Shown: positions 1 to 12,052 of the stretch, in pieces
Layout: each line of letters opens with the position of its first letter
Numbering within the stretch: the first letter of the stretch is position 1
Assembly: GCF_018350175.1 (NCBI RefSeq)
Contig: NC_058368.1
Location: 174,098,001 to 174,162,000, forward strand
Length of the DNA stretch: 64,000 nt
DNA from: Felis catus
Lineage: Eukaryota
Direction of reading: 5' to 3'
Made by a program: the position numbers and the translations under genes
The notes under the pieces: generated by a model
The model's database searches: none
Told to the model about the DNA's origin: nothing
Seen by the model: the letters and a program-made list of their open reading frames with translations, nothing else

Positions 1-19
1 AATTCAGATGTCAATAAAT

Positions 20-640
20 ATGCCGAAGAAAATAACACAGTGTGAGGTGGTCAGGGGAGGAGATGTGGGGAGGGGTTACTCTAGAGGGAGCAGCCCTCAT
101 GGGAAGGTGACATTTGCATGATGTATAATCTGCCAAGGAGAGGGAGAGGCAGGTGCCAAGGCCCTGGGGCAGGAATGAGCTTGGTGCTTTGGAGCTGTAG
201 AGAGAAGGCTGATGTGGCTGGAGCTGGGGGAACAGGGGGGAGAGTTGGGGAAATGAGCTGGCAGAGGCCTGCAGAGGCCAGGCCACCCAGGGTCTTGAGG
301 GTCCCAGTGCGGACTGTGGATGTTAGTCTGAGAATAGCGGATCTCTGCAGAGCTGTAAGCAGCAGAGGAACGGGTTCGACTGACATTTAACAAGACCCCT
401 CTGGCTGCTGCGTGGAGGACAGATTAGGGGAGACGGCTGAAAGTGGGGGATGGGCTAGAAGGGTGTAGCTGCTCCCCCAGGGAGGTGATGGTGTGGACAG
501 GGCAGTGGAGACATCAAGAAGTGTGCAGCCTCTTAACATCTTGGAGCTTAAGCTCTGTGTTCTGGAAAGGAAAGAGGTCTGGAGTGGACTCTCACGCAGG
601 ATGGCACGAAGATGAAGGGAGAAAACCTCCAGGAGGGTGA
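20..640 (-). mobile_element. LINE L2 fragment, highly diverged
   Basis: Antisense L2-like motifs (ggtgacatttg...gccaaggccctggggcaggaatgagcttggtg...gatgtggctggagc; ctctggctgctgcgtggagga). Boundaries approximate. Confidence 0.6.
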
Positions 641-978
641 GCTGCTGGCTGTGGAACCTGCAGGCATATTCTGTCATGGGCGCTGGGAAGGCCTCCTGGA
701 GCCACTGCGCAGGCCTGCCTGGGGTGTCCCCATCTCTGATCCTCATCAGGGGATGCTCTAGGCAGAGGGGTGGCTGGGAGCCCACTGAGACTTGTCTCTG
801 GGGTCCTGTCTCTGAGGCTGCTGATTGAAACATGCTTCCCTAAAGGACAATCCAGCCCCCAAACAGAGGCCCATCTTCCTAATCCCTGCGGCTGACAAAC
901 ATCCCATTGGTTCTCTTCAAATGCCCTACGTAATCTGGTGCCTTCCTCCCTCTGCAAAGGCACTTTTCTAGCCCCCTC

Positions 979-1193
979 TTTTGTTTTTAAATGTTTATTT
1001 ATTTATCTTGAGAGAGAGAGAGAGAGAGAGAAAGCAAGTGGGACAGAGAGAGAGGGAGAGAGAGAATCCCCATCAGACTCTGTGCTGTCAGCACGGAGCC
1101 CGATGTGGGGCTTGAACCCACAAACACTCAGATCATGACCTGAGCCAAAATCAAGAGTCGGATGCTTAACTGACTGAGCCACCCAGGTGCCCC
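979..1193 (-). mobile_element. Can-SINE (SINEC, feliform)
   Basis: Reverse-complemented tRNA-derived head (gagccacccaggtgcccc), (GA)n linker, T-rich tail, degenerate TSD cccctctttt. Confidence 0.95.
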
Positions 1194-1950
1194 TCTACTC
1201 TCCCCTCTTTTTAAGCCACTTGTGTTCTTTCAGCTCTGAGGGGTTTGATTCCCTTCCTCTATGTGTAACAAGTTCATTCCCACCTCAGGGCCTTTGCATT
1301 TGCTACACCTGGGCTGTTCTTTTTCTATACCTGGCTGGTAGCTTCATGAGAAGTCTGCAAATTGCCCCCTAGACAGCATTGCATATAACCCCATACCTCC
1401 TCTTAACAAGCTCATTAACCTTATCTCATAGATGAGGAGACCAAGGTCAAGAGAGATGCTGAGTGTGCCTGAGGTCAGGAGGGTGGTGAGGGTCGTTTCT
1501 AGGGTGGGCACACAGGGCCTCTGCTCTCAAATCTGCTACACCAGTAAGACCTGAGATTAAAACACGCAGTAAAGCAGGGACTCCTGTGCAGGGAACGGTG
1601 TGGGGAGGCCTTAGAGGGTGAGGGGCTCCCCAGAGTCCTGTGCTCCCAGAAAACCATCTTCATCGCTGGTTTGATGAGAGGGGCCCAGATGAGAGGAAAA
1701 ATCGGTATAATTTTGAAGAGTCACTGCTTAGCTCCCAAAGTATGTGACCTTGGGCCCCAGAGAGCCAGCTACCTGCTCCCTCGTTAACCCCTTGCTGGTG
1801 AGGAATAATCCCTTCCCCCTGAAGGCTTCCTCAGTCCCCTAAGGTGACAGACTAGGCAGGGATTAGGGTGTTCCCTTGCTCAGAAACCCCCTCCACAGGG
1901 GAAAACCTGAGTGCCTTCGTGACAAAATGTGAGTAGGAAGGAGGCAGTAA

Positions 1951-2190
1951 GTGTGTGTGTGTGTGTGCGTGTGCGTGTGTGTGTGTGTGTGTATCTGCAT
2001 GTGTGCTTGTGTGGACATGCACCACCCTCTGTGAGTACATGCGTGTGCAATATTACACAATACGTGCGTGTGTGTGTGATGGGTGTGTGCATGACTCTGA
2101 GTATGTGCATATGTGTGACGTTACACCATGAGTACACATGTGTTTGTGTATGTGTGTGCGTGTATGTGTGTGTGTGAGAGACAGAGAACA
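1951..2190. repeat. (TG)n microsatellite with degenerate TG-rich extension
   Basis: Directly visible; it is the source of the His/Thr- and Cys/Val-rich pseudo-ORFs. Confidence 0.95.
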
Positions 2191-3079
2191 CAGTGTGTGC
2201 TCCTAGGGGCTACGGTTTCACTGTTGACAGCTCAGGGCTTTCTGGCTGATGCTCTGAGCTCCCGTAGGTGTTGAGGAAGGTCAGGCCATCACAGCGATGC
2301 CTCTGAGCTTCTTGTGTTCCCCCAAGGCTCACGGGGAGGCAGAACTGGGGAGAGAGGCCTCGAGGAAGGTGGGAGCCAAGTCCAGCTTGTTGAGGCCTGA
2401 CCAACTGACCCCCCTGGGCTGATTCAGGCTGCCCGCCGGACACTGGGTGGCTGACGATGTCTGCCTGGCTGGCTGACCCTCCCAGTCACTGGCTGGCTGA
2501 CCCTGTGAGGCTGGGTGACTCATCTCTCCCAGCAGCCTGTTCTCCGGAAAGCCTGCCTAAATCCTAGCTCAGCCTGTGGGCTATTAGCTGTTTGGAGCCA
2601 TGACTCCTGATTCCCAGGATGCAGTGAGAAGGATCTTTAGGCCTTCAGACTCACTGCCTCCCCAGAGCCTCTGGCACTCATCTCCAGGGCCTCTGGTTTT
2701 ATTGCCTTAGTCCCTCTGTGGAATGGTTGTCACGAGGTGGGTGTATAGTGAGGGTTTAAGAAGGGCGGGGCCAACAGATGCTCAGGCTGCTTCAACGCCC
2801 GGAGGTGCAAGCCTGTGCTGTGGCCTCCGCAGAGCCATCTTGCAGTTGCACATGGGCAAGCCGGGCCACTGAGGCAGAGGGCCAGGCAGGGCCAGAGGAG
2901 GAGGGTTGGGAGCCAGGGAGCAGTGACTCCATGGCCAAGATCCTTCCCCAGGCACTGAGAGTCTAAAGAGATGTTGGTGGTGAGGATACAGTGTGGCTTC
3001 CCGTGAACCGGGGAGGAAGCACCGTCGGGTTGGGGGGGGGCTGTTTGTTGCAGTGGCTGGGAGAGGGGAACACGCGGAA

Positions 3080-3275
3080 AGAGCTCAGAGTTGGGAGTCA
3101 GGCTTGATTCCGATGTCGGTGACCTTGAGCAGGTCACGCCCCTTCTCTTAGTTTCCTTTTCTGTAAGATGAGATAATACTAGCTTCTTGGCTATGTCGTT
3201 GGGAGCAGTGATTCACCAGACAGGAACGTGTATGTAAAGCGTCTAGGCACACAGTGGGTGTTCAGTAAGTGTCAA
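3080..3275 (+). mobile_element. MIR SINE
   Basis: Core gtgaccttgagcaggtcac...agtttccttttctgtaagatgagataata...tgtaaagcg...ttcagtaagtg. Confidence 0.8.
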
Positions 3276-3569
3276 CACTGGGAGTGGTTGAGGAAGTGAT
3301 TAGCAAGGGCGCTAAGACACCTGCTGTTCTTGATGGAAATGTGGGCCCTGCTCTGGGCAGCCTGCTCTGCCACTTCTTGCTCTGGGCGCCCATGTCCCCC
3401 TCCTTCACGGCACTATCTGCTGGACTGTCATTATCAGTCCATATCCCATATCTTTTCCGCAATTCCCAGAGTTCCTGGAAAGGAGGGACCTTGGGAGGAA
3501 TGCTTGTGGCTGACTGAATGATGCCAGTCCGAGCAGTGAGCACTGGAAGGACTAAGGTCAAGGGGAAGA

Positions 3570-3760
3570 TAATGAACATGTATTCCGTTCTTACTAGATG
3601 TTCTACCTACTTCGTCTCATGTCTCACTAAAACTTTGTTTCATATCCCCATTTTGCTGATGAGAAAATTGAGGCTCGGAGAGAAGAGAGACTAGTTCACG
3701 GTCATTCACAGCTGGGCAGGAGTCCCACCCAATCTGTGGTTCTAGTCACTGTTCCATTCT
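3570..3760 (-). mobile_element. MIR SINE
   Basis: Antisense core atccccattttgctgatgagaaaattgaggctcggaga. Confidence 0.75.
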
Positions 3761-5091
3761 GGTCTAAGGCAAAGAAGGGAGACCACTGCCCTGGCCCCCA
3801 TGCCTGAGTACCAAGGTGCTCCCGGTGTCTGAGAGCCACTTTGGAGGATGCCTCTGCAGTAGAGGTGCCCATGTGTCCCTGCTGGTGGGACCTGGATCCT
3901 TTGGAGCCTGCAGGGTAGAGGAGGCTTGGGGGCCCTGGAATCTAGGGCTTAGAAATAGGATTTTTGCCAGCAGCAGGAGCGTGGACCCCAGAAGCCCGCA
4001 GCACAAAGCAGGACCATAGTGGCTCCGTGCTCAGGTTTTCTCCACTAGAAGGCTCAGGCGTGTGTTCCGGGTGCATCTCCTGTGTGTAGCTGCCGTTTCC
4101 ATGTGTGCACCCGCTCCCTGGGTGGACCTCTGTGCATCACTGTGTTTGTACCCACATGAGCACGTGTGTAAGCCTACATGTGCACCTGCTGGGGTTTGCA
4201 CAAAGTGCGCACCTGTGCAGCCGTGAGTTCTGACTGTGCATCTGAGTGTTTGTATCCTTGTACAAGTTTGCAGTGTAGGGGGGATGTGTGTGGTTGTGGC
4301 GCGGGGCGTGGTGGGGTGGCTGGGATGTAAGGTGAGAAGCTGCCAGAGGAGACAGGGGTGTCCAGCAGCCACTGAGCCTCACTGTCCCCTCAAGATCTCT
4401 GCTTCTAGAATCATTCACGTAATGAAATTCAATGCTTTCCTTGTCTCTACCTTAAAACATTTCTGGCACAGACTTTGTAGTTAGAGAGTTCTCAGCTCAG
4501 ATCCTAGCTGTACCATCTGCTGTGCGGGAGGCTGGTGAGTTACCCACTTTCCCGGGCCCAGGGTTCCTCTGTCACACTGTTGTAACGACCGGAGATGACA
4601 CCTGTGTGCCCAGTGCACAGGAGTTTCTTTGAGCTGAACGTGCTATAGAAAGAAGTCTTGTCAAACCATGTGTGTAAGCAGGGGCTATTTCCTTGACATC
4701 ATTACAAGACAGTCTCCTTCCTTCCTGGCCATGCTTATCCTTTTCTCTGGCACCAACTAATGCAGAAGAGGCGAGATCCTCTCAGACCTGCTGCATGACT
4801 CAGAATAACTGCACACCTTGGCATCGGGACAGCATGGCTTGTGTGGGCTTTCTAGACTTTGCCTTGAGATGAATTGTGCTGATTTTTCACCCTCCGTGGA
4901 AGGCTAGACACTAAGCTCTTAAACTAAAAAGGGAGGCATCTCCTATTTTAAAATGAATGGAATGCACAGAATTTTTGAAGCTGTAGGCTTTATAAAGTAA
5001 GGTGTTTGTTTTGCAGATCTTGTGGTCTTTTCAGGCAGGGCCCACCTGGTGGTGAGGTTGGGCATTGCAACCCAGCTCTATTCAGTTTAAA

Positions 5092-5304
5092 GCACGCCTG
5101 GGTGGCTCAGTGGGTTAAGCATTCGGCTCAGGTCATGATCTTAAGGTTCCTGAGTTCGAGTGCCGCGTCAGGCTCTGTGCTGACAGTGCGGAGCCTGGGT
5201 CCTGCTTCAGATTCTGTGTCTCCTTCTCTCTCTGCCCCTCCCCCACTCGTGCTCTGTCTCTCTCTCTAAAATATAAATATTTAAAAACTTAAAAAAAAAA
5301 AAAA
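5092..5304 (+). mobile_element. Can-SINE (SINEC)
   Basis: Head cgcctgggtggctcagtgggttaagc, CT-rich linker, poly(A) tail. Confidence 0.95.
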
Positions 5305-5507
5305 GCCCGAGTGCCTCCATGGAGCCGAGCGTTGCACTGGGTTTGTCACTGTGTGGGCTCACTTCCCCTGGTCAGACGGCAGCCCATTTTATAGGCTAGG
5401 CATCCAGCCTGCTCAGGGCCACCTGCTGTTAAGCAAGAGACTCGAATTTGAGTGTTGGCCTTCTAACCTCAAGTCACCTTCACCAAGACGGCTATTTTTC
5501 CACCTCT

Positions 5508-5528
5508 TTTTTTTTTAAGTTTATTTAT

Positions 5529-5560
<32 letters not shown>

Positions 5561-5706
5561 CACGTGGGGGAGGGGCTGAGAGAGAGAGAGAATCCAGAGC
5601 AGACTCCGTACTATCAGCACAGAGCCCAATGTGGGGCTCCAACTCATGAGATCGTGACCTGAACCGAAGTCAGATGCTTAACTGACTGAGCCACCCAGGC
5701 GTCCCC
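5508..5706 (-). mobile_element. Can-SINE (SINEC)
   Basis: Antisense head, (GA)n, poly(T); TSD tttttccacctctttt on both sides. Confidence 0.96.
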
Positions 5707-7269
5707 GTTTTTTTCCACCTCTTTTAAAGAAATGGAATCTAAGAAGGTTAGGATGAGGCTGCTTTGGCTGGGGTGAGGGTGGTGGGCCTGGAAACCCCTG
5801 GGTGGGGGCCCTCTCACCTCCGAGGTAGCCCCCAGGGGACTGTTGCGGAATCTTGGGGCTTCACCGTGCTTGGCTGGAAATGCATGGCCCCAGCCCCAAG
5901 CTCCAGCTGCACAGGAAAGGCCCCGCTCTGTGGCCTGGGTGGGGGAACAGCCCTGGAGGCCCTGGGGAAGCCCAAAGGTGACTGACAAGAGGAGGATGTG
6001 AGGGGGTGAGAACTAGCTGGACAGTGAGGGTGGGGCGCAGCTGGTGCCCTGTATTTGCCAGGATGCGTGAGGGCACCCCCCTCCCCAAAACATTCCTGGA
6101 CCCAGGATTCTGTCCGCTGCATCCATTCCCTCCACTTGGGAATGTATCTCTCATTTCTAAATGAACATTGCAAGAAAGAGAAGAGTCATTTCCCTACCCA
6201 GAAGCATTTCTGAGGGGTATTGTGGTTTAAGAAATATGTTTACAAATTGTTTGCCAACAACTTCACGATCACCAGCTGCAATTATCTTGTCTAATCTGTC
6301 TCCCCAACTAGACTGTGGGCCATGAGGGAACGGGAACCTTGACTGTCACACCCAGTGTGGGCTCCCGAGGCCCAGCGCAGCGGCGGGCACATGGGGGGTG
6401 CTTAGCAAACATTGGTCAATGAGTGACCGGAGCAAAAGGGAACATCGTTTCCATTTCACAGATAAGGAAACCAAGGCTCACAGAGGTTAAGGCAGAGCAT
6501 GATTAAGCAGCTGGTAGACAGCCAACCACAATTTGGATCCAGCTTCTGGCTTTATTGTTAGCTGTGCGGCAGCAATGAATTGGATGAATTTATTCACCCA
6601 CCCCTATCCTGCTGAGTAGAGATGGAGACTGACCAAATTCTGGCCCAGTAAGCCGGGAATCCACCCTCCAGCCTCCCCATCCAGGTCCCATCAGTCTGTC
6701 TGCAGAATGGGGACACAAAGACAGGATCTCTCTGGGGCCTGGGGAGGATTAATCAGCAATTAGTGTGCAAAACACTTTCCAGACAAATGTTAAGTATTAT
6801 TAGTATTTAAATTTAGTTTCATCTTCTCCTGCAACCCAACAAAAGGGAACAGATGGTCCTGGCTCCAGGTGGAGAAGGGGAGGGCGGGGCCACTGGGCAC
6901 CAGCGGGAAGTTTTCAGCTCTCTGGCTTCCAATTAGCCCCTGCCTGATGCGCGAGCCCGGGGCGTTGTGCTGTGGGGCTGTGGGGAGGTCTTTCTCCTAA
7001 AAGCCAAGTGAAGGTCAGGGGAAAGCACAGCTTGGGGGCTGAATTCCCCTTCCTAGCTGTGTGACCTTGAGCAGGTCACGGCTCCTCTCAAAGTCTCAGA
7101 TCAAGGATATCTTGTGACAAGGAGTACAAGAGACCCAACTGAGAAAGCGCTGGCCCTGGTGCCCCAGCCATGGTAAGCGCTCAATGAACAGGACTCCTTT
7201 AGGACACCCAAGCTTGGGTCTCCTTTCCTCTGGAGAGACTCTCTGAGAATTAAAAACACCTTGGGGGCT

Positions 7270-7485
7270 GCGGCGCCTGGGTGGCTCAGTTGGTTAAGTG
7301 TCTGACTTCGGCTCGGGTCATGATCTCATGGCTCGTGGGTTCAAGCCCCACATCCGGCCCTGTGCTGACCGCTCACAGCCTGGAGCCTGCTTCGGACTCT
7401 GTCTCTCTCTCTCTCTCCCCTTCCCTCACTCAAGCTCTCTGTCTCTCAAAAATAAATAAATAAATAAATAAACTTAAAAAAAAAA
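7270..7485 (+). mobile_element. Can-SINE (SINEC)
   Basis: Full head and (AAAT)n tail; TSD aattaaaaacacc(t/c)tgggg at 7248-7266 and 7484-7502. Confidence 0.96.
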
Positions 7486-8199
7486 TTAAAAACACCCTGG
7501 GGGTGGCGGCATCTTGCAGATCTGAACACAAGCTAAGGCTCCACCCCTTGTGTGACCTCCTCACGTTCCTTATCTGCAAAATGGGCAATACCGTGGTGCC
7601 CGCTCTGCCAGGCTGGAGATCAGCTGAGGTGATGGCTTTGGAAACTGTAGAGGGCGGTACACATGGGAATGACTGCTTCTATTTCCTTCTTTTTTCTGCC
7701 CAATGGTCTGTCTTTTGGGCTGTGGAGGGGAGGGGGAGTGTGGAGGAGATAGCATGTGGGGACAAATCCACCTGTAGCCCACCCTGGCTGCGCCCCACTT
7801 CTGGGCTCCGTCCTTGCCTCTCCTCCTGCCCCCATTCAATTAGGGAAACTCACCGCAGACCTGGGAAAAAAGGCCTCACGTGCCCGAAATACCGGGGGAG
7901 CGGAGGGACCACCGGGGCATGCTGGCGATGTGCAGAGAATGGGCTTGGGGAGTCAGGCAGCCCCGGGTTCATCTCTGGAATCTGCCCCTTTTTATCTCTG
8001 GGACCCTGGGCACAGGGCTTTACCTCTCTAAGCCTCAGCTTTCTGACCTGTACAATGGGAATTATAGCACCCTTCTAGAAAGGGCCATAGCAAGGATCAA
8101 ATTAAATGAGAGAAAATATTGAACCCAAAGCCACAATGCCTCCTGGGACGACTCTGAGCTTTCTCAAAGGAGAGCAGAAGGGGAAACAGCTACTAACTT

Positions 8200-8650
8200 G
8201 GTGGATTATCTTCACCTTCCTATTTTTGGTCCCCCTTCTTCCGGTAACAGCCCCTTGTTATAGCAGCTGGGGAACTGCCGGAGCTCTGCGGTCCGAGATC
8301 GAGATCGCTGTATTCCTCTGGTCGAAGGAGGCCACGTGACCTAAACCAAACCAATAGGAATGAAGCCTAGGACCTTCGCGGGTGCTACCGGGAGAGAGGT
8401 CCTGCCTTTGCAGGTGACTTGGAGCTGTTGGACGAATGGTGCCAATGGCGACATCTCGCCACCCCCTGGAGAGAGCCTGCCCGAGGACACTGGACAGCCC
8501 AGCGGAGGGCAGGGCTGAGAGAGGCGGAGGGAACTAACTTCTTGATGACGCCATGAGGACCCAGGACCCAGGTGTGCGTGAGTCTTGGGCAAACCACCAC
8601 CTTACCTTTTTCTTGTTACTTAAGGGCAGTTGGAGCTTTCAAAAACCACT
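8200..8650 (+). mobile_element. ERVL-MaLR solo LTR (MLT1K/L-like), unusually CpG-rich
   Basis: MLT1-type motifs ccccttcttccggtaacagccc..., ggccacgtgacctaaaccaaaccaatagga...aggaccttcgcgg, cttttttcttgttacttaagggcagttggag. Confidence 0.55.
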
Positions 8651-8749
8651 GGCAACTTTTTGTCTTACTGACTCACCCACAATGAGTAATTTGGTTCTAG
8701 CAGAACCTTTTTCAACAAGGGGGATATGGCAGCCTCTGGGAATAAGGTG

Positions 8750-8965
8750 CAGGTGTTTATTTAGATTTAATTTGCTAACATTTGGTGAACATTTCTGTGT
8801 TTGTGTTCTTGAGGGATATCGACCTCGTAATGCCTTGTCTGGTTATGGGATCAAGCTGATGCTGACCTTGTAAAATGACTTGGGAAGGTTCCTTCCTGAA
8901 AGATGTTGTGCCGAATTTGTGTTATTTCTTCCTTAAGTGTTCGGTGGGATTTGCCAGTGAAGCAT
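8750..8965 (-). mobile_element. LINE-1 (L1M) ORF2-region fragment
   Basis: Antisense L1 motifs gatttaatttgctaacattt...ttgtctggttatgggatcaagctgatgctgaccttgtaaaatga...gccagtgaagc. Confidence 0.75.
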
Positions 8966-9649
8966 GATGCAGATTTGTGATGCTATAAATTATCTTAAAA
9001 AACGAGGGGCTGTTTTGTTCACGATTTCCGTCTGAGGTTGGCTGAACTATTCCCCAACAATTTTGTGACCTGAATTCTTGTTGTCAGCTGCTCCTGCCTC
9101 TGATAACGTAATACAATCTAAATTCATGTGTCATGGGTTTGTGGTTTTTACTTAAAAAAAAAAAAAAAACCAACAAATTGTTTGCCATCTGTTTTTTTTT
9201 TTAAATTGACATAATGCATTTAATATTTATCTTCTCTTAAAGCTGACATACCCTGCTTCATTTTCAGCTCCATCCACCCCTTCACCTGCCTCCCGGCTTG
9301 CCCCTGCTTTGCTCTGCCTGGAGCTCTCTTCCCTGCCCCAGCCCTGGTTTGCTCCATTGGGATACCACTTCTCCTAAACTTTTCTGGCTTCCCAGGCTGG
9401 GCTAGGTGATGCACCTGGCTCTGCCCACTCCCGGGGCTTCCCCCTACCCAAGCTCGAGTCATATTATATTGAACTTGTCTCTGTTTGTCTCTGTCCCAGA
9501 CTGTGAAGTGCTTGAGGGCGGACTCTGCATCCGCTCAGGTCGTTGTTAAGATTCCAGCTCTGAGCACAGAGCCTGGCACGTGGGCCCTTGATAAACCCTT
9601 GTTGAGTGAATAAACATTTGTCGCTCTTTGTGTCCACAGCCATAGCGAT

Positions 9650-9870
9650 AATAAGCACCCCTCTACGTGCACACCCCTCTGGATAGTTTGCAAGCGTTTT
9701 CACGTGCTTTGTCTCATTTGAGTCTCCACAATAATTCTGTGCTGTTGGTGGCATCACCCGATTATATATTTATGGGGACACTGAGGCCCAGAGAAGCACA
9801 GGGACTTGCCAAGCTGTGCCAGTGACAGAGCTGGCATGCCAAGGTGGGTCTCCCTGACTCCAAATCCAGT
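9650..9870 (-). mobile_element. MIR SINE
   Basis: Antisense MIR: gtctcatttgagtctccacaataattctgtg...ggacactgaggcccagaga...gacttgccaag. Confidence 0.75.
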
Positions 9871-11824
9871 GACTCCCCTTCCTCTCAGTCACATGCTGAG
9901 ATGCTATTTGAAAAATGTTTTAGCATTTACCCCTAAGTGAAATCTTGTGCTGAAACTGTAGCCACTGAGAGAAAGGGGTGTTGGGCCATGATGGGGGCTG
10001 GAGCCACGTGCCCTGCAGAAGCCTGGGCTCCCAGGTTAGATGGGTCCACAGCTTCCCAAGAAAAGAGACAGGGGGCAGGGAAACTGGATTGGACAGCAGA
10101 AGGCAGGCAGCGGCCCAGCCCAAGGTCTGGGCGGGGTTTCCAAAGCAGGGCCTGACTATGGCAGGAGTGGGTAGAGAGAGTTCCCTCTGGTCTGGGGACC
10201 AACGGACTGTGGATGTGGGTTCAGCTATCCCCTCCCTAGCCTCCCGTCCCCATGCCAGATCCTTGCTGCCAAAGCTTTCCCCAGCACACTGACCTAATGC
10301 ACGTATGAAACCAAGGTTTCTAAGAGCTCACGGAGTGGGGTTTGGGCTTTGGGCTCAAAGCTTTCTTCCCTGGCTTACCATTTCTTCCTGTTTCCATTTG
10401 CCCTACCTTTGACTCATTCTCAGGTCTCAGCCTAGATGCCCCCTCCTCCAGGAAGCCTTCCCTGACTCTCTCTATAGGAAAGGAGTCCCACTTTCCCCGC
10501 CACACTTCTTTTTATCACAGACTTAAATGCCTTAGAGGCTCACTGTGTGTTCATGTTTCTTGACTCTGCTTCTTTGAGAGCAAGGACTGTCTTCCTCATA
10601 TCCACATCTGTAGTATGCAGTGCTTCTCATCTGTAAACTGGAGGTGGCAATTCCTAATCATGGGGTGGATTGTGGAGATTCAGTCATAAGCGAGATTTCA
10701 GAAACCTCATGTTATAGCTGACATGCAATGTAGCATGATCATTTTTTCTTAGCTGCGGCTAAAGAGGGCTTCCTCTGGGGCAAGCAGAGTGCTAAAGGCT
10801 TCACGTGTGCGGCCTCACTGGATCTTCTCAGCACACGCTTCCTTCTGTTGGTCTGAGCAGTGAAGAGTTTGGGGCAGAGGTGCTTTTCTGGAAGGTGTGG
10901 AAGACTGAGGGGTCCAGCCATGGGGACTGTGTCCCCAGTCCCTCCACACTCAGACTCCAACCTGCTGGGTCCACACTGGCTCCTCAGAGAGGGGCAGTTT
11001 GACCCTACCTTCTTTGAGCCCGAGGGCAAACACGCCTCCTGCTGTCTAGGGCCTTCCAGCTAAGCTGACATTTCCAGAAGGAGCATAACTGAAAGCTTAG
11101 GAGCCCAGTAAAAAGACAGCAACAGGCAAAAGAACAGTAAAAATGGCAGTTTCCAAAGCCCACGTTTCTGATTGTGCAGGGAGGCAGCCGAGCCCAGTAG
11201 AAAGAACCTGGACTTGAGTCCCACAGACCTGGCTTCACTCTTAATAAGTTAGTTCATCTCTCTGAGCCTCAACTTTCCTGGAAATGAGGCAACCAGGACC
11301 TACCTTTCTGTGTTGTGAGGATGTGTGCCTGCAAAGCAGGGCACTCAAGAGTCTTCTCATCTCTCATGGCACTGAGCACAGGGCCAGGCACACAGAACAT
11401 AAGGAGCCATGGGTGGTTGACTATTAACTACTACCATCTCCCACTCTCAGATAGAGACAATGCTTGATCGCCATCTGTATCTCCTATACTACTTTTGGGG
11501 CCAGGTACCATTTTGGTCTCTAGGACACATTTGCTGAAGGAATGGGTAAATTCCAAATGGTGGGAAAACAGGAGCACAGACAACAGGTATGAAAGGAAGA
11601 CTAAGCAGGGTGTTAACGGTAGACCAGGAAGGAGCTAGATTTCGCTAGAACAAACTATCAGGAAGTGGGGAAGATGCCTTTGCATGAGTTGTGCCCCAGC
11701 TTGCAATTCCCTTTGGCTTCCATGTCTGACATACTTATCTGTCTCTTAAATCTCAATTCAAATGCCACCTTCTCACTAGCTCTGTTTTACCCTCTGGGCC
11801 GATGCCCTTTGGGATTCTGTACCT

Positions 11825-12052
11825 GGGGCGCCTGGGTGGCTCAGTCATTAAGCAGCTGGCTCTTGGTTTCAGCTCAGGTCATGATCTCACAGTTCATGAG
11901 TTTGAGCCCCGAGTCGGGCTCTGCACTGACAGTGCTGGAGCCTGCTTAGGACTCTCTCTCTCCCTCTCTTTCTGCCCCTCCCCTGCTCACACGTGTGTGC
12001 ACATTTACTATCTCTCTGAATCAATAAATGCATAAAAACTTAAAAAAAAAAA
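11825..12052 (+). mobile_element. Can-SINE (older SINEC)
   Basis: Head ggggcgcctgggtggctcagtc, poly(A); TSD ggattctgt. Confidence 0.95.

Noticed and set aside
1852..2191. His/Thr- and Cys/Val-rich ORFs (also the Tyr/Ile-rich ORF at 41273-41581)
   Set aside because: Translations of microsatellites.
7503..8078. 191-aa ORF
   Set aside because: Begins and ends in MIR-derived sequence (FLICKMG and FLTCTMGII are MIR translation artefacts), has a non-ATG start and no homology I recognise.
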